This document shows, piece after piece, positions 52,629 through 64,000 of a DNA stretch of 64,000 nt; the first letter of the stretch is position 1, and each line of letters starts with the position of its first letter. The translations under genes were made by a program, and so were the position numbers. The DNA comes from Azolla caroliniana (taxonomy: Eukaryota; Plantae; Polypodiophyta). Below the pieces are notes generated by a model that was not told the DNA's origin, searched no databases, and saw only the letters and a list, made by a program, of their open reading frames with translations. The DNA lies in the NCBI GenBank assembly GCA_043228905.1, contig JBHGNT010000003.1:5394001-5458000 (forward strand), written 5' to 3'.

Positions 52629-55600
52629 ACCTAACCTTCTTCATTGTAATTTTTTTCTTTTCCAAGGAAGCTCTCATCCTATCTTCTCATAACCATGGCA
52701 GCAGTAAGTGAACAAGAATATATGCGCGTTCTAGGTGAACTTGAATGCTTGAACACCAAGTTCATGGCTTTGGAGCAAGAGAATCAAAGGCTGCTCGGGG
52801 ATTTACAACAAGTGAATGTCGAGAAAGCTCAACAACAAGAGGAATTAACTCAAAGGGTTCACCAACTTGAAGCGGCATTAATAACATTGCGACAACAAGC
52901 ATTACAAGCACCGAATTCGACAAAAGAACCCAAGATAAGTCTCCCGTCGAAGTTTGATGGTACTCGATCACAATTTCGAGGATTTCTAAATCAGGTACGT
53001 CTAGTATTTCAAATGCATCCCACTTGATAACCAACAGATTCAACACGAGTAGTGTTGGTTGGAACTCTATTAACTGGTACAACATTGGCTTGGTTTGCGT
53101 CGTTACTTGAGAAAAAGTGCCCTATTTTGGATAGTTTTGATGAGTTTATTAAAGAGTTCCAAGCTTGTTTTGGAGATACTGATAGCATGAGAACAACTAT
53201 TAATAAGATTTGAAGGTTGCGACAAGGGGATCGCCCAGCCTCAGCCTATGCGGCTGATTTTCGCCTTCTTGCATGTGACATTCCTTGGGATGAAGAGGCA
53301 TTGATGGACCAATTTCGTCACGGACTTCGTAATGATGTGAAAGACTTGCTTCTCACTTTTCATGAAGATCCAAAATCTCTTACTCAGGCAATTAGTCGAG
53401 CTGTACGATGTGACAATCGATTATTCGAGCGACGCTGTGAGCGTCAACAATGGTCTCGACCTCGATCAGAGCAGACATATGCATCAGTAACATCACTACC
53501 TACATCTGGAACTATGCATGTTCCTATATCTAGCTCAATAAGTGGTCCTACTCCAATGGAAATTGATTCTACACGTCGTCGAGGACCTTTAACAGAAGCT
53601 GAAAAGCAGAGACGTTGGGTGAGCCGCCTATGTTTATATTGTGGTGGTCCAGGACATATAGCGATAAGTTGTCCCCATCGACCTAGGCGTCAAGTTTACC
53701 AAGTAAGTGCTAATACTAACTTGGATCTCAATTCTCCAAATACATCTAACAATCCTAATAGCCCTACACCTTCAAATCGTTTTGAAGTACTTAGCCAACA
53801 AGATGAGGTGTTAAACGAGTAAATCCAGCCAAAATAGGAGCCATTTGGTTGGATAACCCATAATTTGTAGAGTCAGTCCATAGTAATGGTTCCATTTCAT
53901 CAAACCAAGTTAATAGGGTTTTTGTCGCACATGTCGAGCTTAGTACCTCTAGATGTCATCAGGTCTTCGCATATGCTCTCTTAGATTCCGGAGCCAACTC
54001 TTGTTTCATGGACCGGAATTTTGCCTTGACACATAATATCTTATTAAAACCATTGCATTGTCCAATATCAGTCACAGTAATAGATGGTCGACCCATTGCC
54101 TTTGGAAATATAACTGAAGAGTCGAAATTAGTTCGTGTAGTTCTTGGTGATTTAGCTTGTGTCATCTCATTCAATATCATACATAGTTTGGAGCATCCGA
54201 TTGTCCTTGGTCTACCTTGGTTTGAGCTTCACAACCCCCAGATTGACTGGAGAAAACGAGTTATCCTAGAATCCATGAAAAACCATATATCAGATTTCCC
54301 TATTACGTATAACCCAAATTTAGAATGCCATCAGATCTCAACAATATCTTTGGAAAACTTACGCAAAGAGGGAGACAAAGAAGAAATGTTTATATTTGCG
54401 ATAATAACAATGCCAACACCAACTCAACAAAAGTCGAGTACCTTTCTTCCAACCAAGTATCAAGAATTCCAAGATGTCTTCAATAAGGACAAAGCTGATA
54501 GACTCCCAGAACATTGACCTTATGATTGTCCTATTGATCTTCAGCCAGGAAAAGATCCACTGTGGGGACCCATTTATAGTTTATCACCTGCAGAGCCCAA
54601 GGTTCTTCGCGACAATATCGATGAAAATTTAGCTACCGGATTTATTCGTCATTCCAAATCTCCTGCTGGCGCACCAATATTTTTTGTCAAGAAGAAAGAT
54701 GGATCGCTTCGTTTGGTCGTAGATTATCGAGGATTAAACAAAATCACAATTCGAAACAGGTATGCCTTGCCTTTAATACCAACACTTTTGGAGCGGTTGA
54801 GTGGAGCCAAATACCTTACAAAGATCGATCTTAGAGGTGCTTATAATCTAGTTCGAATTCGTCCGGGTGATGAATGGAAAACTGCATTTCGCACTCGAAA
54901 TGGGCATTTTGAGTATACAGTTATGCCATTCGGTCTTACAAATGCTCCTGAGATTTTTCAACATATGGCCAATGATATTTTCCGAGACTTCTTGGATATA
55001 TTCACCATCATTTATTTGGATGATATCTTGATATTTTCCAAGACTCAAGAAAAGCATGATGAGCATGTATGCCAAGTTCTACAACGATTACAAGAATATG
55101 GTCTCTATGCTAAACGCGAGAAATGTAGTTTTGATCGCAACCAAGTGGAATTCCGAGGATACATAGTATCACCAGAAGGAATATCTATGGATCCAGCAAA
55201 GGTGCAAACAATTCAAGAGTGGGAAACACCACAATCTGTGCGTGATGTCCAATGTTTCTTGGGATTTGCGAATTTTTATCGCAAATTGATCAGGAACTAC
55301 TCAAAGAAGGTGTTGCTTCTTACACAATTAACACATAAAAACCAACCATTCATATGGAATTCTAGTGTTGCTGAGGCAATCGAAAGCCTAAAACATGCGT
55401 TCACATCAGCTCCTATTTTGATCCATGTTGACCAAGGCAAGCCTTTTATTTTGGAAGCTGATGCATCAGATTTTGCACTCGGGAGTGTCCTGTCACAACC
55501 CAAAGAAAATGGGCTATTATATCCAGTTGCTTTTCATTCGCGAAAATTTGAAGCTGCGGAAATTAATTATGAGATTCACGACAAGGAGCTTTTGGCTTTT

Positions 55601-57835
55601 GTCGACTCTTTTGAGCATTGGCGCCACTTCTTGGAAGGTTTTCCCCATAAAATCATTGTCTATAATGATCACAAGAACATAACGTATTTCCAGAATGCTC
55701 AAGTCTTAAATCGTCGACAGGCACGTTGGGCACAATTTCTTACACGCTTTGATTTCTTGATTGTGTATTGCCCTGCAATACACCAGGGAAAGGCAGATGC
55801 GCTATCTTGGCGTTCGTACATGGCACCCTGTTTAGGGGAACCTACTTTTGATCATCAAAAGCAGATCCTCCTTGGTCCTGATCGTTTACAAGTGATGGTC
55901 ACTAATGCTTTTAAGACACCTACGGACTCGATACTTATAAGTACGATTCGTACTGATCTTGAAGCAGATGAATTTGCCCAAGATGTCTTGAATCATATTA
56001 TTCCAGATCGTGCTTCTTGTTCAAGGTCGATGAATTCTCGTAAAGATTATAATCAGTTCAGTTGGCATGATAATTTACTTTTTCGAAATAATTTGCTTTA
56101 TGTCCCTGATGGCCGCTCTTGACTCCTTATTTTACAACATTGCCATGACATGCCAATGGCTGGACATTTTGGAGTTCACAAAACATTGGAATTAGTTTCT
56201 AGAAATTATTGGTGGCCGCATCGTCGTAATTATGTTGAAAACTACATTCGTAGTTGTGATGCATGTTGTCGGTCCAAGTGTCCTCGACATCGACCATATG
56301 GTTTACTCTAACCCTTACCAGTTCCTGATGGTCCTTGGAAGTCTTTATCTATGGATTTCATTACTGATCTTCCATCTTCCAAAGGTTTTGATTCCATCCT
56401 GACTGTTGTAGATTGGTTCACAAAGATGGCGCATTTTCTACCATGCACAAAGACTATTAATAGTCAAGAGACGGCATATTTGGTTATGCGTGAAGTGTTT
56501 CGGCATCATGGTCTTCCTGATGATCGAGGACCACAATTTATGTCAACATTTTGGAAACACTTGTTTGGGCTCCTCCAAATTGATTGTAAACTCTCGTCAA
56601 GCTATCACCCAGAGACTGATGGTCAAACCGAGCGTACCAATCAAACCGTGGAACAATACCTTCGTTGCTTCATCAATTATCAACAAGATGATTGGGTAGA
56701 TTATTTACATTTTGCGGAGTTTTCTTACAACAATTCAGTTCATTCTTCTACCAAAATTACTCCCTTCTTTGCCAACACGGGTGTTCATCCCCGTTGGACA
56801 ATTCTTGACCACCCAAGAATCTCGAAAAACCCCGCTGCGGAGGATCGCCATATCCGAGAAATTCATATTGCTCTTTCTTATCATTTACATCACGCTCAAG
56901 CCACCCATAAGAAATTTGCAGATCGCCATCAACTCAACTCATCACCGGAAAAACCCAAATTTCAAGTTGGAGACCGTGTATGGCTCTTACGATGTAATGT
57001 GAAGACCACTAGGCCTTGTAACAAGCTAGATTATCAACGCCTTGGTCCATATTTAATCACTAAACAGATCAATGGAGTTGCTTTTCAACTCGATCTCCCT
57101 CCTCATATGCGTCTTCACCCAATGTTCCATGTCTCACTCTTGGAACCTTATACTTCAAACTCTATTCCAGATCGCTTTGTTCCCCCTCCACCTACTATTG
57201 AGCTTGATGAAGGCCCTAAATATGAAGTAAAATCCATTTTGGACTCCAAAGTTGTGAAGAAAAAATTGTATTACTTTGTTGATTGGCTGGGTTATACACC
57301 CGCGGATCGAACGTGGAAGCCAGCTGAAAATCTCAATAATACCAAAGAACTGGTAGCTGAATTTCATCAACGATATCCAAATAAGCCAACTCCTAGTTCA
57401 TGCATTGCGACTCGTGGAACTCGTCGTCAAAGGAAGGGGATAAACTGTCAGGGCCGTAGCCAAAGACAAGTTTAACATGAAGAAAAGAATGAGAAATAGA
57501 AAATAAGAGAGGAATGAGAGAGAAATAAGATATTGAACATGTATTAGCAATGAGACAAGGGTTACAAGAGTACGCCGAAGACTGGCGTTGAACCGAAATG
57601 GTTCATCAATAGTTCGCTATATGTTTATATAGCATGCTTTGGATACATGCATGCTCGCCACTTCATAGGCACGCATGCTCACCATTTGTCATTCATGCAA
57701 GCATGCCACTTGGCATTCATGTAAGCATGACACTTGGTAATCATGCGTTAGCCTATGTGGTGGCCACATTTCAGACTATTAGATATATTTCTTCATGATC
57801 TAATATAAGAATTTACAATTTAAAAAATGTAATAT

Positions 57836-57898
57836 GATGTATCCTAGTGGTTGAAGCTACACATTATCTTTGACAAGGTCATGGGTTCGAATCCTTAT
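57836..57898 (+). promoter_or_regulatory. tRNA-like Pol III A-box/B-box module in the U3 of the J LTR
   Basis: tatcctagtgg (57840-57850) ... ggttcgaatcc (57884-57894); degenerate mirror copy at about 52160-52220. Confidence 0.5.
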
Positions 57899-58819
57899 TA
57901 CAATTCTTGGAGTTTTGGTATATGTTCATGAAAACAAGCTTTGATTATGCTTCTCTCTTTGTCGCATGTATTAGTTTTGACCTTTGGTTCCTCGCTGACA
58001 CGTTCCATCTCTTGGGTCTCACGTTGGTTCATGGATGCAACCGCCCAAGTCTTTGGAACAAGTGCGGAGAAAATTTGGCCGTGGTCACTGTCGATGCTTG
58101 TTGTCTTGTTCATAACCACCTCCTTGATGTCAATTTTATTGGCTAGATCCTCCATCATGTCGACCTCACACTATTTATCTTCCTTGATGCAAGCTTCAAT
58201 TAAGCTTGCTCCATCATCTGATGTTTTGAACATGTTGTGTGTTCCGAAACATTCATCCTCCCTCAAAGCGGCCTTCTTCATCCTTGAGTCATCATCAATC
58301 TTCTTTTCATGTAGGTTGCTTTGTTTTGGCGGCTCGACTTCTTTAGATGGTTTTGTTTTTTCCACGCTTGACCTTACCAAGTCAATATCATCAAGCCATT
58401 GGCCACGCTTGTCGATCTTGTTGCATGCTCACTTCATCACAAGTTAGTCTGCCACAAGCCCGTTTTCTTGGGCATCATCTTCGAGGAGAGTCCCCAATTC
58501 TCTTCTTTCCTTCATATCCACAACTTTTAGGAAGTACAAAGTCTTTTCCTCCTCAAGTGGCACTTGGTCCGTGGCGGGGAGATGATTAAACATCTAGTCA
58601 AACTTGGCGTATACCCTCAAGGCGCTCATTTTCTTATTTTTCTTCTCTATCCACTTCATCAAGACATGTTGAGTCATCCTTGACAAATCTTCGCTAATAT
58701 TGCTTTCTCGAACTCAGACCATGTTGTATTCCCTTCTTGAAGCTCGATGACCCGCCTTTGGACGTTGTTGGTGACAACTCTCTTGAAACTTGCGATTTGA
58801 CGTTGTCCCTACTCGGTTG

Positions 58820-61367
58820 AAAGAGGTACAATCATTTCTTGGTTTTGGAAATTTCTATCAATGATTTATCAATGGTTTTTCATCTTTAGTGTAACCTCTA
58901 ATCATCCTTACTAGTAAAGATACTCCATTTCTTTGGACCTCTGCGGTGCAAAGTGCTTTTGATGCCCTGAAGGCAGCTTTTCTCACAGCCCCAGTGTTGG
59001 TCCACCCCAACCCCACAAGGCCCTTCCAAGTTGAAACCGATGCCTTTGACTTTGCCATTGAAGCTGTCCTATCCCAACCAAATGACAAGGGCACGCTACA
59101 TCCTGTTTTCTTCTACTCTCAGAAGTTTATCATCCCGAAAATCAATTATCCGGTCTACGACAAGGAGCTTGCAGCAATCATATCCGCCTTCGCCGAATGG
59201 CGGCCCTATTTGGCTGGGGCCCAACATCATATCTAGGTGCTGACCAACCACAAAAATCTAATTTGCTTCACCACCAGCCGTACATTGAATCGGAGGCAAG
59301 CCCGATGGTCATCTTTTCTCGCCGACTACGACTTCGAGATCTTGTTTCGACCTGGAGTTCACCATGGGAAAGTTGATGCCCTCTGTTGGCGACCTGATTT
59401 TGCATTGTGCCCAAGAGATGATACATATTCGCAACAATCCCATTGTTTGTTGCGGGCTGATCAACTTCAAATGTTCGCCACTTGCATGTTGCATGATGAT
59501 TCTTTGCTCAACGAGATCGCCACGGCAATCACGTGAGACCCATTCGCCAAAGAAATCATAGCCCACATTAATGACCCATCTCCGCACATGAAAAGCTCAT
59601 ATCTCAACCAATTTACAATCCGGGATGGGTTACTATATCGTAATCATCTCTTGTACGTTCCCCAAGGATTATGTCGTACACAGCTATTACAAAACTGTCA
59701 TGATGATCCTCTTGCTAGCCACTTTAGGGTCACAAAAACCATGGAATTGCTATCTTGAGGGTTTTGGTGGCCCCAACCTTGGAAATTCGTCAAGGAATTT
59801 ATCAAGACATGTGATGTATCTGCTTGGTCCAAAACACCTCACCATCAGCCATACGGTCTTCTCCACCCGCTCCCCATTCCAAGTCAGCCATGGGTCTCTC
59901 TATCCATGGACTTTATCACCAACCTCCCTTTGGTTGGTGGTCATGACATGGTGCTAGTCATTGTCGATCAGTTTTTGAAGATGGATCACATTGTCCCATG
60001 TTCCAAAACCATTTCGGGGGAAGAGATAGTGAACCTTCTTCTTAAAATTGTTGTTCGATTACACTGTTTACGGAGAATATCACCTTTGATCTAGGTTCTT
60101 AGTTCATTTCCCACTTTTGGTGATGACTTCTACAAACATTCAGGACTTCTGTAAACTTGTCCTCAGCATACCATCCTCAAACTAATGGACAAACCAAACG
60201 AGTCAACCAAATCCTTCAACAATACCTTCGGTGTACTGTGAGCTACCAACAAGAGGATTGGGTGGACTTGCTTGCAATGGAGGAATTTGCCTACAATAAT
60301 AGTATCCATGCTTCGACTAAGGTTTCCCCCTTCTTTGCAAACTATGGATTTCACCCTCGTTTCAGCATTTCCATACCTGCAACTTCAGTCAATCCTTCGG
60401 CAGAGATGCGTGCCCGCACTTTACATGATGTCCATGGTGACCTCTCCTTGGAGCTCCGTGTCTCTGGCGACCAGTATAAAGATTAAGCAGACCGACATCG
60501 CTTGGCTGCACCGACGTTTGCAGTCGGGGAGATGGTTTGGCCGTTATGTTGCCACATTGCCACCACACGTCCTTGTTCAAAATTGGACTAGAAAAGACTA
60601 GGCCCCTTCTGTATCATCGAGCGGATCAACCCGGTCGCCTTCCAGTTAGCACTTTCTCTAACATTCAGGATTCACGATGTTTTTCACATTTCCCTCCTTG
60701 AACTCTACCGGACGACAACCTCCTCCATCGCCATCTGTGGAATTGTCGACGGGGGAAGAATATGAGGTTGACCAAATCCTCGACTCTCACTATCGTCGTC
60801 GAAAACTCCAATATTTGGTCTTATGGAAAGGTTACCCCATTTTGGTCGCCACATGGGAACCAGTTACACATTTACAAAATGCTCTGGAGGCCATTCGCGA
60901 TTTTTATCAACAATACCCACATAAGCCCGCCGCAGGTCCTGGGAGGCGACCTTAGAGGGAGGATAATGTCATAGACCTGATGGAATGTAAGGGGTTGAAC
61001 GCATGATCTCCTGTCCTTATTGGGAAACCTTACCAGTTGAGCTATATCCATCTATACATTATTGTATAAGTTTCAACTTATTACATTGTAGGTTAATCAC
61101 AAGAACTTTCAAACAACTTCTAGAGAATGCATCTTCATGCACTCTCTAGATGTTTCCTAGCTTACATGCATACCACCACATTCTTGTATAAATACTTCGG
61201 TGAGCAACACTAGTTACGGAAGCATAATTGAGTTCTCGCCCTTTTGTCTACCTTCTCTCTCTCTTGTTCTCTTGTCTATGCTCTCTCTATCTATATATCT
61301 ATCTTTCTCTCTCTCTTAATATTTAGCTCAACCTCTTGTCCCTATCCCCGTCTACCCGTTTGTGACA
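58820..61367 (+). mobile_element. 5'-truncated Tcn1-like chromovirus K (RNase H, integrase, chromodomain and 3' LTR)
   Basis: [54 protein letters not shown]; PPT agagggaggataa; LTR tgtca(60967)...tgaca(61367). Confidence 0.88.
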
Positions 61368-63690
61368 CAATCGATCCATTGACGGGAAGATGTCCCCTTG
61401 AAATTAGAGAGCCACACGTTTTTCATGTGCAGAACTTGAAGAGAAAAATGAAGATTAATCCTTATGCTACTGTTATGCCATTTTTAGTAATGGTAGATCA
61501 AGATCAATGTCCAACAATAGCAAACTTCAAGTATAGCTCTGCCGATGACTATACATATTATGTAATTGGAGGATCTCATTCGGCCGAAGCCTATAGATAG
61601 TTAATAAAAGAATATCCTCAACGATAATGATTACAGGCAGAAAATGTCTTGCATCAAATGGATCCAATTCTTTCATCATGAGGATCTAGATGCATTGGAT
61701 CGTTTTAGCTTGAAGTTGCACCCTTGTTTGCCTCACCAGTGTTTACTTGAAGTGGGGATTGCAATCGATGAGAGTACTAAATCGAAAGGGCTACGAAAAT
61801 ATGACTCCTGGTTTCAACTAGCTTTTAGGACCGGAGAGGTATGGGATCTTCAGGACAAAATATTCCGCATGTGGGAGTGTAAAGAGGTGAAAGGGCAAAG
61901 GTCAAAGAAGGGAATGATTGATCCACTACTTTAGATCAAATTGAAGTCTCGTAAAAGTAACATTGTAATTGAAGAGTTAATAGAAGACATGAAGCTTTTA
62001 CTTTGGAGGTCATTACAGGGTATTAAAGACGACAGACTGTTAATATTTGTGCTATCTCGGGTTGTTGCCAAGGAATTCAACTTAGACGAGATGGTCACTG
62101 AGTTGCAAAAGTAAGTACAAAAGTTATACTCTATAATTTGTTGCTTCATCTTTTCCATAGATTGTTAATTTCAAATTTCAAATTTATTTTATAGTCACAA
62201 GGTATACATGAAGATTTAGGAACTCATGATGCAAAAATTGAGTTTACCTACATGGGAAGAAGTGGAGCAAGCGTGCCCGATAACTTCTTCCTACAAGGCA
62301 CCGGAGGAATATTTTATTGTTTGTAGAGAATGGGTAGGTGTCATTTGAATTTAAATACATTGAAATTTTATGTTGTCCCTTGACAAAATCGATACTTGCA
62401 GAAATCACCTCGATAAAAAAAAAGTATCTGATAGTAATGATGGCATTCCAAGTGCCTTTATCACACACTTAGAACATGCTAAGTATGAGAAGAGAATGAC
62501 AAAGGAAAAGAGATGGAATTGCCAGAGGATTCGGAGACAGTGAAAAGTTTTTTGCATAGGTCTGATCCTCATAAACAGTTACATTACAGTGTATTCAATG
62601 GGGAAGTGGCAAATATGCTCGAGTGATTACCGAGAAGGCACTACACATTGCTTATAGCTGACATACCATATGGATTCTGAATTACGGGATCAACATATGT
62701 TGATGTGCCTTTCAAGAACCCCCCAGATCGAGAAGATGGTAAAGGACGTCGGAGAATTGACATTGGCCCCGTTATGGAGGATAATCATATTCCATAGCAT
62801 GGGTCAATCATTATCAATCACAACAACTCTGAAGTCACAATGTCATGCCACCGAACACATGCATTGGTGTGTTACACTTTGTTTTTACACATTATGATAC
62901 TTGTTTTTATATGTTTAAATTTTAACCTTTAAACCATTTCATTGGATTTATTTCTCAATAGGATTAAAATAAATATCACATGTAGCTTGATGACCGTATG
63001 GTTGCTGCGGTCGAACATTTTTGAGTGGGTTACTACGATTCAATAACAAAGAAGAAGGCTAGAGCACATGTGAACGAACGTAACATGGTGAATTATATCA
63101 TGTGCCTAGTTGTCAGAAAGAAATTATGACATGTTTCGGGTGATAAGAGTCTTGTGAACCCTTATAAAAAACCTCAAAGATTAATCAACCGCCTTCTAGA
63201 GCTCTTCTCGAACCCAAGCGATTGGGTTCTAGATTTGTTCTCTGACACAAGTATATAATGTAAATTTACTTAGATTTTTGTCAATCAAGTTTAAGACTAT
63301 AATTCTTATATGTACTTCTTCGCATCCATTCGGCTATTAGGTACTACTATAGCTTGTGCATTAAAGATGTTCCGAAACTGTGTTGCGTTGGAGAAGGACC
63401 CTGCACAAGTAAACTTCATCAAAATGAGGATGATAGGAATCTAGGACTATCCGGATCAAGATGAAGAAGTCAGAGCTAAGCACATCAATGAAATAGAGAC
63501 GTTCCAAATGACTTCACGAGAACCAATGGAACCAATTGATGAAGCAAGGGACCGTGTGGACCTAGAAGATGTAACGCAATTTGAAAATACGCAAGATTCA
63601 GGAGAGCATGGAGATGATACTAATGAGAACAATCTTGAACAATCAGATGTGCCTGAAGAGCCTAGTATACCAGATCAGCTTACAGATTGA
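61368..63690 (+). pseudogene. Degenerate spliced gene: ParB/Srx-like N-terminal region plus beta-class DNA amino-methyltransferase (N6_N4_Mtase-like)
   Basis: YYVIGGSHS at about 61556; VFNGEVANMLE*LPRRHYTLLIADIPYGF (DIPY at 62660-62671); HW|IK across intron 62867-62961; VNPYKKPQRLINRLLELFSNPSDWVLDLFSDT|STTIACALKMFRNCVALEKD across GT-AG intron 63251-63340; multiple stops. Confidence 0.75.
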
Positions 63691-64000
63691 TTTATATGGC
63701 ATAATGTATACTTTGAGGAGTTTTGAGAAATGTCTATCTTTGACTTTAGACTTGTTTGAATATGACATGAACAATAGAAATCATTTAAGGTTTAATTTAT
63801 TCATTGGTCCATTATCTCACTTCTTAATCATTTTTTGAATTATAAATTTTATATAAATAGGAATTGTCACCATGCTTTTTTCTAGTTTGGGGTATTAACA
63901 TGATATTATACTTACTCATTTCTTGTAGAATGATTGTATGATATTGATAATAGAAGGTGTCAAGCGACATACATTCAAAGGTTGTTGATTTCAAATAGTA

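Larger units (their letters stand above)
52126..57933 (+). mobile_element. Tcn1-like chromovirus J (Ty3/Gypsy) with inverted LTRs
   Basis: LTR 52126-52614 and its reverse complement at 57446-57933; TSD GCAAG/ACAAG; gag (KFDGTRSQFRGF, PTPMEID, CLYCGGPGHIAISC), protease LLDSGA, RT YLDD, RNase H EADASD, integrase SMDFIT/HPETDGQTER/GPY, chromodomain YEVKSILDS..YFVDWLGY..TWKPAENL; PPT aaggaaggggat. Confidence 0.93.
49949..58800 (-). mobile_element. Older degenerate non-autonomous element H related to G (3' LTR 49949-50631), interrupted by element J and truncated at its 5' side
   Basis: LTR tgtcgagg...tcttcacgaca; PPT tccccccccacc; adjacent sequence matches G 46632-46700; internal repeats (LVLETW/LVPKTW) resume after J. 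Confidence 0.65.

Noticed and set aside
52126-57933. Interpreting J as a DIRS element or a TIR DNA transposon
   Set aside because: It encodes protease, RT, RNase H, DDE integrase and a chromodomain, has a PPT and a TSD, and shows no tyrosine recombinase or transposase motifs.
21263-60955. Recoded genetic code or RNA editing suggested by many TAG/TGA codons at Trp, Gln and Arg positions
   Set aside because: Fully explained by C>T / G>A decay of methylated transposon DNA; the ankyrin gene reads normally.

Overview
AT-rich eukaryotic DNA from a non-seed land plant (fern, lycophyte or bryophyte; inferred from Tcn1-like chromoviruses and the Copia/Gypsy families present). About three quarters of the window is LTR retrotransposon. 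The first 16.4 kb holds a divergent gene pair: a TORNADO1-like LRR-Roc-COR pseudogene (- strand, split by a young Copia with identical 190-bp LTRs) and an intact ankyrin-repeat/PGG transmembrane gene (+). From about 16.7 to 61.4 kb lies a nested stack of LTR elements, most of whose boundaries and target-site duplications (TSDs) can be read by eye: Tnt1/Tork-like Copia elements, a tRNA-Trp-primed Gypsy family with CpG-centred 4-bp TSDs, and Tcn1-like chromoviruses. Main observations: (1) a full-length chromovirus whose two ~489-bp LTRs are inverted rather than direct, with TSD, polypurine tract (PPT) and a Tf1-type self-priming site; (2) an intron-containing, degenerate ParB-like plus beta-class DNA amino-methyltransferase gene at the right end that the ORF track misses; (3) antisense tRNA-like A-box/B-box modules in the U3 of unrelated LTR families. 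All calls come from manual reading; no searches were run.
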